A stretch of 64,000 bases of DNA from a virus. Position 1 is the first letter of the stretch. Each line of letters begins with the position of its first letter. Made by a program: the position numbers and the translations under genes. The notes under the pieces are model-generated. The model was not told the DNA's origin, searched no databases, and was given only the letters and a program-made list of their open reading frames with translations. This document shows positions 25,653 through 34,729 of the stretch, piece after piece. The stretch is from the IMG/VR virus record IMGVR_UViG_3300025012_000003. One strand, given 5' to 3'.

Positions 25653-25894
25653 GTGGTCAACTCCTGCATGAATAAAAAGTTATCGAGTTCTTCTTTAGTT
25701 ACTTCTCTTATACTTAAGAATCTTTTATCGTGTTGAGCATTTCCAAGATACCAATCCGACATTACCCATTCATTAGATTTAATCATTAGCTCTCTCCATC
25801 TATAGTATCTCTTATGAACTCCTATCCTAAAGAATCTATATCTAGGAGTCTTCCTATACCCATCAAATAATGTTATGAAATATTTATATTTCAT
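25649..25894 (-). CDS. MxEL-tail family protein
   Basis: Tail EVTKEELDNFLFMQELTT*. Confidence 0.8.
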   Translation of the reverse strand: MKYKYFITLFDGYRKTPRYRFFRIGVHKRYYRWRELMIKSNEWVMSDWYLGNAQHDKRFLSIREVTKEELDNFLFMQELTT

Positions 25895-26244
25895 GAAACT
25901 AATTCCCTCATAGTTTCATATACTGGAATCAATGAAAGGTCTTTCCTGAATCCTCTTCTTAGTAGATTCATTATGAATCTACTAGGATTTTCTAATCTAA
26001 CTTTTATCTTGTCTACTCCTCCAAATGGGTCTGGTATCAAGAAATCATTATCATCATCGAACCAGTCCTCTACCATCCAAGCAGGGGCTACCACATATAA
26101 CCTATCTACTAAGAAGTATTCAATGGGCTTTAGGGGTAGGGGATTCTCAGGGTTAATACAATTTAATAATTCCATATTAAGATAGGGTTCATTGTAGAAT
26201 AGAACACGAGTATCTTCTTTTGTATATACAATTGATAACTTCAT
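25891..26244 (-). CDS. MxEL-tail family protein
   Basis: Tail LIPVYETMRELVS*. Confidence 0.8.
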   Translation of the reverse strand: MKLSIVYTKEDTRVLFYNEPYLNMELLNCINPENPLPLKPIEYFLVDRLYVVAPAWMVEDWFDDDNDFLIPDPFGGVDKIKVRLENPSRFIMNLLRRGFRKDLSLIPVYETMRELVS

Positions 26245-26432
26245 TCAACAAGTTCCTGTAGCATTATAGTTTTCATGGCTTTCTCTTCTGTAATTTTATG
26301 ACCAGCCACTCCGCCTACGGATAAGTTCCACTCTCCATTATACCAGTACTCTAATCTTTTTTCAATACAATCATACCGATATATTAAGGGATTGTAAAAT
26401 TCTTGTGTTGTATAGAAATACCTAAAGGTCAT
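26241..26432 (-). CDS. MxEL-tail family protein
   Basis: Tail KITEEKAMKTIMLQELVE*; start reset to the ATGA overlap. Confidence 0.8.
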   Translation of the reverse strand: MTFRYFYTTQEFYNPLIYRYDCIEKRLEYWYNGEWNLSVGGVAGHKITEEKAMKTIMLQELVE

Positions 26433-26671
26433 GATACTAGTTCCCTCATGCACCTTAATTTATCATACTCTTCTTTTGTTTCTATTTGATAAACATCATA
26501 TTTATCAAATATACATTTACCATTTTTCTTGAGATAGTAAAGAAGTTCTTTTACCATTTGCCTACCCATTATTCTATAGTATGTTCTTTTCTTATTAAAT
26601 AGATAGAAAACAGGAGGATGGGGAGGAGTTAAACGATTAGATAAATCTTCTTCTTCAATTATTGGTATCAT
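26429..26671 (-). CDS. MxEL-tail family protein
   Basis: Tail IETKEEYDKLRCMRELVS*. Confidence 0.8.
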   Translation of the reverse strand: MIPIIEEEDLSNRLTPPHPPVFYLFNKKRTYYRIMGRQMVKELLYYLKKNGKCIFDKYDVYQIETKEEYDKLRCMRELVS

Positions 26672-26991
26672 ACTATCAACTCCATCATGTATTCCAAGGT
26701 CTCATAATCTTCAGCCTCTGCCAGTACTTCATAACCATATTCAAGAAAATAGTGTTCTGGTTTAAGTTCTAGTCTTCTAGGTAACGTAAGCCAACCATAT
26801 TCTTTCCTGTGGATGTCGTAGTAATAGTTATAGGTACCGTCTCCATTTAGTCCTAGGGTTAATCTACATATAGATATATCTAAGTTATTTTTAACATACT
26901 TATAACTATCCTTAACAAGATAGAATCTCTTTCCAGATTCTTCATAAGCTTTGAGGTTTCCAAAAGAATCTTCTCCTATAAAATGTTTCAT
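26668..26991 (-). CDS. MxEL-tail family protein
   Basis: Tail AEDYETLEYMMELIV*. Confidence 0.8.
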   Translation of the reverse strand: MKHFIGEDSFGNLKAYEESGKRFYLVKDSYKYVKNNLDISICRLTLGLNGDGTYNYYYDIHRKEYGWLTLPRRLELKPEHYFLEYGYEVLAEAEDYETLEYMMELIV

Positions 26992-27236
26992 GAGATGAGT
27001 TCCTTCATATACTTAAGCTTTGTCTTCTCTTCTTCAGACTCTATCTCGTAGATATCATACAAATCAAAGAACCCAGAATACCCTTTAAGAAACGAGCCGT
27101 CATCATAAGTCAACCTATAGGAAGTCCATTTCATTATCCTCTTCTTATTAGTTATACTTATATAACCATCTTTCTTTCGGATAGTATAATATTGTTTCTT
27201 ATATTTGATATCAGCCTTATTAAATATTTGTATCAT
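26988..27236 (-). CDS. MxEL-tail family protein
   Basis: Tail IESEEEKTKLKYMKELIS*. Confidence 0.8.
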   Translation of the reverse strand: MIQIFNKADIKYKKQYYTIRKKDGYISITNKKRIMKWTSYRLTYDDGSFLKGYSGFFDLYDIYEIESEEEKTKLKYMKELIS

Positions 27237-27426
27237 ACTTCTTTACCTTTTCTATGAAATCTTCTCTCCCGTCCACATCATCTAGCATGAGAGAAGAAAG
27301 TTGATTCCTCTGTTCGGGTGTCATCTTATTGTAGTTGCTCAAACATTGCATTTCAATATCTTTAATCTGTTTTTCAATCTCTAAGATATCGTCTATTAAT
27401 TTGTTAGCTTCATTTTCAAAATTCAT
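27220..27426 (-). CDS. Coiled-coil hypothetical protein
   Basis: Likely start MNFENE at the ATGA overlap. Confidence 0.6.
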   Translation of the reverse strand: MNFENEANKLIDDILEIEKQIKDIEMQCLSNYNKMTPEQRNQLSSLMLDDVDGREDFIEKVKKYDTNI

Positions 27427-27647
27427 GATGTCAACTCCTTCATAGTTAAATAAGTTAAAGTTTCTTCTTCTGTTATAGTTGTTATGATACCTCCGAAAGT
27501 TCCAAAACATCTTATTAAATCTTCTTCATCTACATAGTGAGTACTGAGCCACTTCCCTATTTCAGGAACATAAGCTTCTACTGTTTTAATACCTTCTGGG
27601 TCATATCTAAAATACCTATTTCTACTGGAACTAAAATATTTTATCAT
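27423..27647 (-). CDS. MxEL-tail family protein
   Basis: Tail TITEEETLTYLTMKELTS*. Confidence 0.8.
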   Translation of the reverse strand: MIKYFSSSRNRYFRYDPEGIKTVEAYVPEIGKWLSTHYVDEEDLIRCFGTFGGIITTITEEETLTYLTMKELTS

Positions 27648-27919
27648 GATACTAATTCTACCATAAACATTAACTTTTGGAGATGCTCTAAATTCTTGGC
27701 TCCCGTTATATCATAAATTATTATATTATTTTCTTCATGATATCTTCTTAAGGGAGGTTGACTATGGCTGGAATGTTCTCCACCTTTTAAATAGTTATCG
27801 TAGGCTTTCTTAATACTTTTATCCTCGGGGTATTCAAGATATTTATTCCGCTTATAAGATACTATTTTATACCTGCTAGATTTTGCAAACCTATGTTCAT
27901 ATAAGTATAATTTTTTCAT
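27644..27919 (-). CDS. MxEL-tail family protein
   Basis: Tail LQKLMFMVELVS*. Confidence 0.8.
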   Translation of the reverse strand: MKKLYLYEHRFAKSSRYKIVSYKRNKYLEYPEDKSIKKAYDNYLKGGEHSSHSQPPLRRYHEENNIIIYDITGAKNLEHLQKLMFMVELVS

Positions 27920-28227
27920 GATACTAATTCTACCATAAATATTTTAGTTTGTCTAGCTACAGTTTCTTTTTCTATTACATCAGCTATAGCCCTAGTGATA
28001 ACTTTGGGAAGACTATCTCTGTGGCTCTGTTCCATTCTCGGACTATAGTATAATCTATCCCAACTACGGACTTCATTGAACAAGTACTCCATAGTATAAG
28101 TACCTTTTCTTCTATCAACAAGTCTTAAGTTACGTACTGCGAGTTCATTACCTTTATTAAATAGATAGTATCTACTTGTCTCAGCTATAAGATTATATTC
28201 GTTTATAACAGTATATTCGTTTGACAT
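27916..28227 (-). CDS. MxEL-tail family protein
   Basis: Tail RQTKIFMVELVS*; last 24 nt identical to those of 27644..27919. Confidence 0.8.
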   Translation of the reverse strand: MSNEYTVINEYNLIAETSRYYLFNKGNELAVRNLRLVDRRKGTYTMEYLFNEVRSWDRLYYSPRMEQSHRDSLPKVITRAIADVIEKETVARQTKIFMVELVS

Positions 28228-28229
28228 AG

Positions 28230-28562
28230 TTAATACCTTTTCCAATAATCATAAAGTAATATAAACATTCCACATAGTTTACAAAAGAATCTGTAGCTTA
28301 TAGTTATCTCATATATTCTTTTGTTGAATAAAATAAACACCTGTACTATTTGAAAGCAACTAGCATTACTAATTTTAAAATCATATCCTCGGGCATACTT
28401 TATTTTATAATCTTTTAAAGTCATTCTCTGTATGAATTCAGCAGACTCAGATTGCCCTTCTGGAAATAATTTCCCTGTATGGAAATTAATGAATCCTAAT
28501 TTAATAAAGAAAATATCTTTATATGTATAGTATTCCAATATGTTTTTAATTAATACTTTCAT
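28230..28562 (-). CDS. Hypothetical protein
   Basis: 110 aa ORF. Confidence 0.5.
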   Translation of the reverse strand: MKVLIKNILEYYTYKDIFFIKLGFINFHTGKLFPEGQSESAEFIQRMTLKDYKIKYARGYDFKISNASCFQIVQVFILFNKRIYEITISYRFFCKLCGMFILLYDYWKRY

Positions 28563-28569
28563 ATCATTC

Positions 28570-29205
28570 CTAACTAACTTTAGATAAGTATCTTATATGG
28601 AACTTCTGGATGTTATATCCTCCAGCATAGATAGCTTGAGTTACCAGAGTTCTTTCTAATCCAAAAGGTTTCTTAATCTTAAATGTTCCTACCAAGTTTC
28701 CTTTACTTAATGCTATGTCAACGGTTTGTACTTCGTTTATTTCTACACCATCGAAATGTTTAAGAGTGGACTGGAGTAACTTGTATCTTGAATTAAGTAT
28801 TGATTCGGTAACAGTCATGTCAATGAATCTATCAAGTTGTTTTCTGTTATGTGCTTCTATTAATTCTTTGTTAGGTTCTCCGTAGTAACCATGAGTTCTT
28901 TTTCCGTCATGCTTCTTTATACCTAATTGTTGTAAAGTATACCAACATGATTTATAGAACTCTTTATTAAAATGACTTACTTTTAATTGTAGCAATTGAA
29001 AATCATGTGGGGAATAATACTCAGAAGTATTTAAGAACTCTCTGTACTTTAATTCCCAATAAGCTTTTATGTCTTGAGCCATCTCATCTTCTTTAACTTT
29101 AAAAGAAGAAGTCATCTTTTCGATAAGCTCTTCGTTCAATTGTTTCTTAGTCTTATCTATTTTATTAGAAAGCTTTTCGTTATTTCTTCTTATATCATCT
29201 AACAT
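28570..29205 (-). CDS. Conserved phage hypothetical protein (AGGYNIQxxH motif)
   Basis: TQAIYAGGYNIQKFHIRYL at the C-terminus. Confidence 0.7.
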   Translation of the reverse strand: MLDDIRRNNEKLSNKIDKTKKQLNEELIEKMTSSFKVKEDEMAQDIKAYWELKYREFLNTSEYYSPHDFQLLQLKVSHFNKEFYKSCWYTLQQLGIKKHDGKRTHGYYGEPNKELIEAHNRKQLDRFIDMTVTESILNSRYKLLQSTLKHFDGVEINEVQTVDIALSKGNLVGTFKIKKPFGLERTLVTQAIYAGGYNIQKFHIRYLSKVS

Positions 29206-29237
29206 AATAAACTCCTATTGCTTAACCTCATAATATA

Positions 29238-29290
29238 AATATATCATGAATGCAGTAAGAGTTCAAGTGTGTTAAACAATCTTTGTTACA
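29238..29290 (-). promoter_or_regulatory. Promoter with TGTAAC half-box
   Basis: TTGAAC-N17-TATATT; leader AGGTTAAGCAATAGGAG. Confidence 0.65.
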
Positions 29291-29533
29291 TTAGTTTACA
29301 AGTTCGTGCATAGTAAGTATTCTAGTAACTTCATCCTCGTCTGTTATTATTTTAAGACCTACAGGAAATTCATCTATTATATTTTCTAATGTCTTTCCCA
29401 TAGTATGTATGGGACATAAGTATTCTTTACTATCCCCCGTCAAATATCTATAATGGATATTATCTTCTCCATAAAAATACACACGGGAAAGAGCGGGGTT
29501 ATAAGGAATATCTACTATAAGTCTCTTTAGCAT
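29291..29533 (-). CDS. MxEL-tail family protein
   Basis: Tail ITDEDEVTRILTMHELVN*. Confidence 0.8.
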   Translation of the reverse strand: MLKRLIVDIPYNPALSRVYFYGEDNIHYRYLTGDSKEYLCPIHTMGKTLENIIDEFPVGLKIITDEDEVTRILTMHELVN

Positions 29534-29791
29534 TTAACTTACTAACTCCTTAAGAACAAGAGCACTATTAAATTCTTCTTCTGATAATTCTTGTACTATG
29601 TTTAACTTTTTATACAAATCCTGTATGTCATCACAGAAAGCTCCAATGTGCCTATCATAGTATTGAAATAAAACATATCCTCTAGGAACAGCTAACTGAT
29701 GAGGACAGAACTTAACATACTCAAAAAGATTAGAGGGTGTTACAACCTTAAAGTATCTGGGTTTAGTGTATTCAAGATACAAATTCCTCAT
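29534..29791 (-). CDS. MxEL-tail family protein
   Basis: Tail ELSEEEFNSALVLKELVS*. Confidence 0.8.
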   Translation of the reverse strand: MRNLYLEYTKPRYFKVVTPSNLFEYVKFCPHQLAVPRGYVLFQYYDRHIGAFCDDIQDLYKKLNIVQELSEEEFNSALVLKELVS

Positions 29792-30018
29792 CCTTTTATT
29801 CTTTCCGCCAGTTCTATTATCTCTTTGTTGAATTCATTCTTACATTCTCCAGAACAGATGTGGAGTTTAGCTTTACTTATCCGAAAAGTTATCCAGTCGT
29901 TATCTCTAATAGCATCTATTATATCTTGAGGGCATGGCTCATGAGGAGTCTCTATATGTTTACCGCACTGGTCGCAATAGATTCTGTATAGGTATTCATC
30001 GTCGTCAAAAACTATCAT
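29788..30018 (-). CDS. Zinc-finger hypothetical protein
   Basis: CDQC...W...HICSGEC. Confidence 0.65.
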   Translation of the reverse strand: MIVFDDDEYLYRIYCDQCGKHIETPHEPCPQDIIDAIRDNDWITFRISKAKLHICSGECKNEFNKEIIELAERIKG

Positions 30019-30247
30019 AAGTAATAACCTCCTTAGTCTCTAAATCAAAAACAAAGTATTCCAACGAGAATAAAGTAAAATCAGAAACTGGAGATTTATC
30101 TATAAATCTTATAGCGTAAGATACTTGCCTAATAAATCTTTTTAATGATTTCCCTGTATGAACATGATTCCTAGATGTTGGAAATATAGTTCCAACATAG
30201 TATAAATTATCTTCCACTATATCTTCATCATAATAAAGCCTGTTCAT
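30005..30247 (-). CDS. Hypothetical protein
   Basis: 80 aa ORF. Confidence 0.55.
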   Translation of the reverse strand: MNRLYYDEDIVEDNLYYVGTIFPTSRNHVHTGKSLKRFIRQVSYAIRFIDKSPVSDFTLFSLEYFVFDLETKEVITYDSF

Positions 30248-30390
30248 TTATATCTGCTCCATCTTCTTCAGGTTCTCGTCAGACTGTCTCTTGTCTTTAA
30301 GTCCAGTTCCTATAAACACTTGTGCTCCGTAGGTTTCATCGTAACCTATGAATAGTAATTCTCTTTTCTTTAAGTCTTCTTGTTTTGACA

Positions 30391-30660
30391 TTAGTTTATT
30401 AACTCCTTCATGCACTTGTATATTTCTGCTTCTTCCTGCGTAGCCTTCTGGAATTCCTTTCCATTCTTTTGGATACCGTAATCTAACAGGTCTCTTAGTC
30501 CCGCTTCTGATACATCACTCCACATAGTAACAGAGAATCCATTGAAGTAAAATTGTTTCTTAGTAGCTACATCTCTTATAGTCCATGCTCCTCTTCGACA
30601 TTCGTGGAATGTCTCGTCATAATAAACTTCTACTATACTATCGTTAATCTTATAGTACAT
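30391..30660 (-). CDS. MxEL-tail family protein
   Basis: Tail ATQEEAEIYKCMKELIN*. Confidence 0.8.
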   Translation of the reverse strand: MYYKINDSIVEVYYDETFHECRRGAWTIRDVATKKQFYFNGFSVTMWSDVSEAGLRDLLDYGIQKNGKEFQKATQEEAEIYKCMKELIN

Positions 30661-31193
30661 TAGTTTAATAGCTCCTGTAGCATTAGGATTGAATCTATCT
30701 TATCTTCTGAGTTCAACATTCCTCTTACTTCCTCAGTAATATTTTCGTCCTTTAGAAACTTCTCCAGTGTATCATAGTAATAGAATTGTAATTCTTTAAA
30801 AAGACTGCTTCTTATCCTAGAGATTATGAACGGATGATTCTTTGTATCAGTTTCCGAATAGCCGTAGTAATCAGAATCATATTCATCTACTATATCAAAG
30901 CTTCCTCTACTAAATTTTATTTTCCATTTATTCTTACCTCTCCAGTAAGGGTCATGATACTTAGATACTACAAACTCTTCATTAGTATCATGTAGTTCTT
31001 TAATCTTATTGTAGCATATTATTACTAAAGCATCAAGTAGTTTGTAACTAAATCTTATCTTATCGGCTTCTTCTTTTATTAACTCAGGATTATCAATTGC
31101 ATCTTTAAGCATACCTCGTAGAGAACTGTGGCTCCTACAGTTCTCTTCTATTAAAAGTATGTCGGCTATTACTTCTGAGTTAGTGTAATCCAT
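30660..31193 (-). CDS. MxEL-tail family protein (177 aa)
   Basis: Tail SEDKIDSILMLQELLN*. Confidence 0.8.
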   Translation of the reverse strand: MDYTNSEVIADILLIEENCRSHSSLRGMLKDAIDNPELIKEEADKIRFSYKLLDALVIICYNKIKELHDTNEEFVVSKYHDPYWRGKNKWKIKFSRGSFDIVDEYDSDYYGYSETDTKNHPFIISRIRSSLFKELQFYYYDTLEKFLKDENITEEVRGMLNSEDKIDSILMLQELLN

Positions 31194-31597
31194 TAGTTTA
31201 CAAGTTCTTCCATAACTTTAGGTGCGTTCATTATACTATCAACTTCTTCTCTTCTACGAGAACAATCAAAACATCCTACGTAAGTTATTCTACAGTAGAC
31301 TTTAACTATAGCTGTAACAACTCCGTCTATGTTTTCGTATGTTAGTACATTGCTTGTACTAGCTTGGTCGTATTCTATATTAACACAAGCATAACCAGCA
31401 CTGAAATCTTTAACGTGGTTTCTTAACTCTTCATTCTGTAAACTGGAATGGTAGTAAACATTCTCCACTACTAAATCTCTAAAGGTAATTTCATTATCTG
31501 TCTTAGCAATACATTGTACTGAAGTTCCTCTTGCGGGAATGCGTTCTCTCTTTTTTCTAGTCGTCATACTTTTACCAGAACCTTTTATAGCAATCAT
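31193..31597 (-). CDS. MxEL-tail family protein
   Basis: Tail IMNAPKVMEELVN*. Confidence 0.8.
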   Translation of the reverse strand: MIAIKGSGKSMTTRKKRERIPARGTSVQCIAKTDNEITFRDLVVENVYYHSSLQNEELRNHVKDFSAGYACVNIEYDQASTSNVLTYENIDGVVTAIVKVYCRITYVGCFDCSRRREEVDSIMNAPKVMEELVN

Positions 31598-31602
31598 AGA
31601 TG

Positions 31603-31667
31603 TCTCCTTGTCTTAACCTTATATATTTAGTATAACAAAAGAGGCACCATAAGTCTAGTGTCTCTTT
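31603..31667 (-). promoter_or_regulatory. Promoter embedded in a terminator, plus conserved 23-nt leader
   Basis: TAGACT-N17-TATACT; hairpin AAGAGACAC/GTGCCTCTT; leader TATATAAGGTTAAGACAAGGAGA. Confidence 0.7.
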
Positions 31668-31694
31668 AGTATTTATTAAGTTATTGTTACAATG

Positions 31695-31982
31695 TTATCT
31701 ACAAGTATATCCTATAACTCTTCCGAGCTGGTCGGTGATTGGAACATAACCTCCTTGTTCTAAGATGTAAGTTGTTCCATAGAGATGGGGTACTACACAT
31801 CCTGTCGGTTGATATACTTGAACTGGGACAGGGTAATAATTGGTCTGGGGATAATAAGCTTGAGGTTGGGATGCACCTATGATTGTAGTAGGAGCATAGT
31901 TAAGTGATAAGGAATTCCCTCTGGCATAAGAAGCCTGAGTAAATCCTAACACGATAAGTAAACTAAGTAATATTCTTTTCAT
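31695..31982 (-). CDS. Exported protein with signal peptide
   Basis: MKRILLSLLIVLGFTQASYA; Y/P/Q-rich. Confidence 0.65.
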   Translation of the reverse strand: MKRILLSLLIVLGFTQASYARGNSLSLNYAPTTIIGASQPQAYYPQTNYYPVPVQVYQPTGCVVPHLYGTTYILEQGGYVPITDQLGRVIGYTCR

Positions 31983-32456
31983 CTATGTCTCCTTATATAA
32001 TTCTTTGAAGTTACTTGTATAATTCTTTTGTTTGTTGTCCTCTTCATTTAATTTTATTTTATGTTCCTCGTAGATAGGGGATAAAGTATCTTGTATAGTT
32101 TTTAGAAGAGTGTATAGTTCTGAGGCATCTAGTTTAGTATCTTTAATAGATATATAATTTTTATTAGCATAGATATTGAATATCTTTTTATTGTCTTTAT
32201 AAACTGTTAGCTCCTCGTATATGTCTTCCCTACTAAAAGGATTCCCTCTTTGAGCATGTACCCTGATTTTATCATAGCCTTCTATATTTAAATCTACATA
32301 ATAGTTATTCTTACCATCCCAATAGCCATTTACATTTATATACTTATTAGCACATAAGCAATATACCATGTAGTTGATATCATTTAGCTGTTCATATACT
32401 TTCTCTTCAATAGTAACTTCAAGTTGAGTTTCTTTTTTCTTAAATATATTAAACAT
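31983..32456 (-). CDS. Hypothetical protein
   Basis: 157 aa ORF. Confidence 0.65.
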   Translation of the reverse strand: MFNIFKKKETQLEVTIEEKVYEQLNDINYMVYCLCANKYINVNGYWDGKNNYYVDLNIEGYDKIRVHAQRGNPFSREDIYEELTVYKDNKKIFNIYANKNYISIKDTKLDASELYTLLKTIQDTLSPIYEEHKIKLNEEDNKQKNYTSNFKELYKET

Positions 32457-32780
32457 TTAATGACTCCTATCTATATCTTCTGTAACTCTATTGGTTACAG
32501 TTTTATATCCAGTAACTATTCCTAAGAAAGTACAAGGTATCTTACTTTCTTCTAGCTTTAGGAAACCTTTACAGTTGTTATTCTTATTTATATGTATGCA
32601 AGTTGTATCCCTTTCAATATCTCTTACAGGTCTTTCTAGGGGACTACCATTTTTAAGATACTCGTTTATCATGATTGCATCAGAGTTAATACAATGATAG
32701 TCATCGTTGTTCATGTGGATATAGTTATCGTGTATCCTATAACAGTATGCACACTCTTTACAATAAACTTTATCCACCAT
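32457..32780 (-). CDS. Cys-rich hypothetical protein
   Basis: CKECAYC...C...CIHINKNNNC. Confidence 0.65.
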   Translation of the reverse strand: MVDKVYCKECAYCYRIHDNYIHMNNDDYHCINSDAIMINEYLKNGSPLERPVRDIERDTTCIHINKNNNCKGFLKLEESKIPCTFLGIVTGYKTVTNRVTEDIDRSH

Positions 32781-33043
32781 TAGATACCTGCTTCCCTAAC
32801 TATGTAGTAAATACTTCTTACTATTCCAGACTTGTGAGTTCTTAGAACTCTGTCCTTGAAATGGAACCAAGTAGTGTCAAAATCCTGACACTTATCAGCT
32901 AAGTATAACATTATCTTTTCGTCTTGGGTAAGATTAGGATACTCATTACCCCAAGAAGAACGTCTCTTCTTCTCGTGTAAATCTTTTCTTATTCTTCTGT
33001 ATCCCCTGTCATTTAACAGTTCATAGATATTGTAGTCTGACAT
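32780..33043 (-). CDS. Hypothetical protein
   Basis: 87 aa ORF. Confidence 0.6.
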   Translation of the reverse strand: MSDYNIYELLNDRGYRRIRKDLHEKKRRSSWGNEYPNLTQDEKIMLYLADKCQDFDTTWFHFKDRVLRTHKSGIVRSIYYIVREAGI

Positions 33044-33229
33044 GTTACCTCTTCTTCCTGTACTCGTCGGGGTAACACACTCCAGCTAAGTAATCGCACT
33101 TAGAACCATATCTTTCAAAATGATAACAGGTTAAACAATCGTGTGAAGTATAATGCTCTACTCTTATTTCTATAGAACTATCCGAGATTTTGTTTACTAT
33201 TATATCCGACTTGTCTCTTGACATGTTAC

Positions 33230-33439
33230 TTATCCAATCGTACTTAGTTGTGAAATTGATAATACTCTTTTGTTATTTAAAGTATACAGATGATAATCGT
33301 TAGTATACTTAGAGTGTAGTAAATAGAATCTTTCTCCTTTACTATTCTCGATTATCTTTTTGAAGATAACAAACTCATGGTCGACAACTTCACATTCTTC
33401 TATGAATTTATATATCTTTCCTTTTATCTTATACTTCAT
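33230..33439 (-). CDS. Hypothetical protein
   Basis: 69 aa ORF. Confidence 0.55.
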   Translation of the reverse strand: MKYKIKGKIYKFIEECEVVDHEFVIFKKIIENSKGERFYLLHSKYTNDYHLYTLNNKRVLSISQLSTIG

Positions 33440-33621
33440 TATATTCTCACTTCGTCATAGACATGAGGATTGTTTCTTAAGGTTTCAAGTTCATAGTGAT
33501 AGCTGTGGTATCTTAACCAATCTTTGAAATCCTCTACTGAAGAAGGTTTGTTTTCATTCTTAGCATAGTACTTGAATTGTTCTACTGCTTGGATTAAGTT
33601 TTCGATAACGTATGATTTCAT
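33439..33621 (-). CDS. Hypothetical protein
   Basis: 60 aa coupled ORF. Confidence 0.55.
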   Translation of the reverse strand: MKSYVIENLIQAVEQFKYYAKNENKPSSVEDFKDWLRYHSYHYELETLRNNPHVYDEVRI

Positions 33622-33917
33622 AAGCTACCCATCCTTCTAGCTTTAATGGAAGCTACCTGTTCTACTACTTTCTTTTCTACTCTTTCTATGATGAGGTCTA
33701 GTCCTTCACTAGCCATCAGGATAGCTTCTTCAGATTTAACTTCAAGATTTCTTCCGTTGTTAAGTTTAAGAATAGATAATACCAGAAGTCCGTTATCTTT
33801 TATATCCACTACTTTAGATATAATTCTATCTATCTTAGGAGTGGCTGTTCTTATTATATTGAAAACTAAAACGGTATCATTAAGTTTAATTTCTCTTCCG
33901 TATAAATCGTGAGCCAT
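33618..33917 (-). CDS. YopX/SH3-like small beta-barrel hypothetical protein
   Basis: DLYGREIKLNDTV motif. Confidence 0.5.
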   Translation of the reverse strand: MAHDLYGREIKLNDTVLVFNIIRTATPKIDRIISKVVDIKDNGLLVLSILKLNNGRNLEVKSEEAILMASEGLDLIIERVEKKVVEQVASIKARRMGSL

Positions 33918-33922
33918 ATTCG

Positions 33923-34001
33923 TCTCCTTGTCTTAACCTTATATAATTATATTACCATACATGGTTAGACAATACAAGTGTTATGTAACTAAACTGTTAC
34001 A
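33923..34001 (-). promoter_or_regulatory. Promoter, perfect TGTAAC-N6-GTTACA box and conserved leader
   Basis: TTGTAT-N17-TAATAT; box 33984-34001; leader identical to 31603-31625. Confidence 0.75.
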
Positions 34002-34449
34002 AACTTATCCTATATATAATACCGTTGGGTATTACTTCATGCACCAGAAGTTCTATCTTGTATCCTAAGAGCTTAATACAATTCAGACTTTCTTTATCGA
34101 GAGGGAAGTCTAACTTTATTTCAAAGTCGTACTTACCAGACTGGGTAGCTTTGTCTATCTCCCATAGCATGTATCTGAGTTCATTCCTATATAGGTTTGC
34201 ATCTACTACATTCTTAACAGCATCTTGTCTGAATAGTATAGGAGGCATCTTAGCATAACCACTCTCATAGAATTCTTTTCCGTATATACTTTTTAATTCT
34301 TTGGTACACTCGTGGTCTGCGTATAAAGTATTCCATCCATATAGTTCGGGATGTTCATTCATATAGAAGTAAAAACCGTTTCTATATAACTTAGCCATTG
34401 TTATCTCCTTGTTTGTGAGTATCGTCATCGTAATGAAAAGACAATTCAT
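33997..34449 (-). CDS. Hypothetical protein
   Basis: Likely start MAKLY after AAGGAGA. Confidence 0.6.
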   Translation of the reverse strand: MNCLFITMTILTNKEITMAKLYRNGFYFYMNEHPELYGWNTLYADHECTKELKSIYGKEFYESGYAKMPPILFRQDAVKNVVDANLYRNELRYMLWEIDKATQSGKYDFEIKLDFPLDKESLNCIKLLGYKIELLVHEVIPNGIIYRISL

Positions 34450-34633
34450 CTATATCTGTAAGTTCGAACTTAGCTAAAAATTCTTCTTTCTCCCTAACAA
34501 ATACATAATTAAAATCCCTGTTCTTATAAGCAACCATCACTTGGTCTTCCTGAGCGTTGGTACAATTAACAACACCCATGTTAAGAACTATATAAAGTTT
34601 ACCCGTCTTAATATGTCTATATATTTCCGACAT
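34391..34633 (-). CDS. DUF1653-like protein
   Basis: YRHIKTGKLYIV...MVAY...VFVREKEEFLAKF. Confidence 0.75.
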   Translation of the reverse strand: MSEIYRHIKTGKLYIVLNMGVVNCTNAQEDQVMVAYKNRDFNYVFVREKEEFLAKFELTDIDELSFHYDDDTHKQGDNNG

Positions 34634-34729
34634 GTTTTTCCTTTCGGTTTCTTTAACTCGATTACTTTTCCACATGCTTCACAATGGAAACAATCTTTTA
34701 TTATAGTTGTTCTAGCAACATTACCACAC

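Noticed and set aside
871-31597. Integron attC sites, CRISPR array or DGR as the explanation of the repeated gene ends
   Set aside because: No GTTRRRY/RYYYAAC imperfect palindromes, no constant-length spacers between identical repeats, and no integrase, Cas or reverse transcriptase in the window; variation is mostly synonymous.
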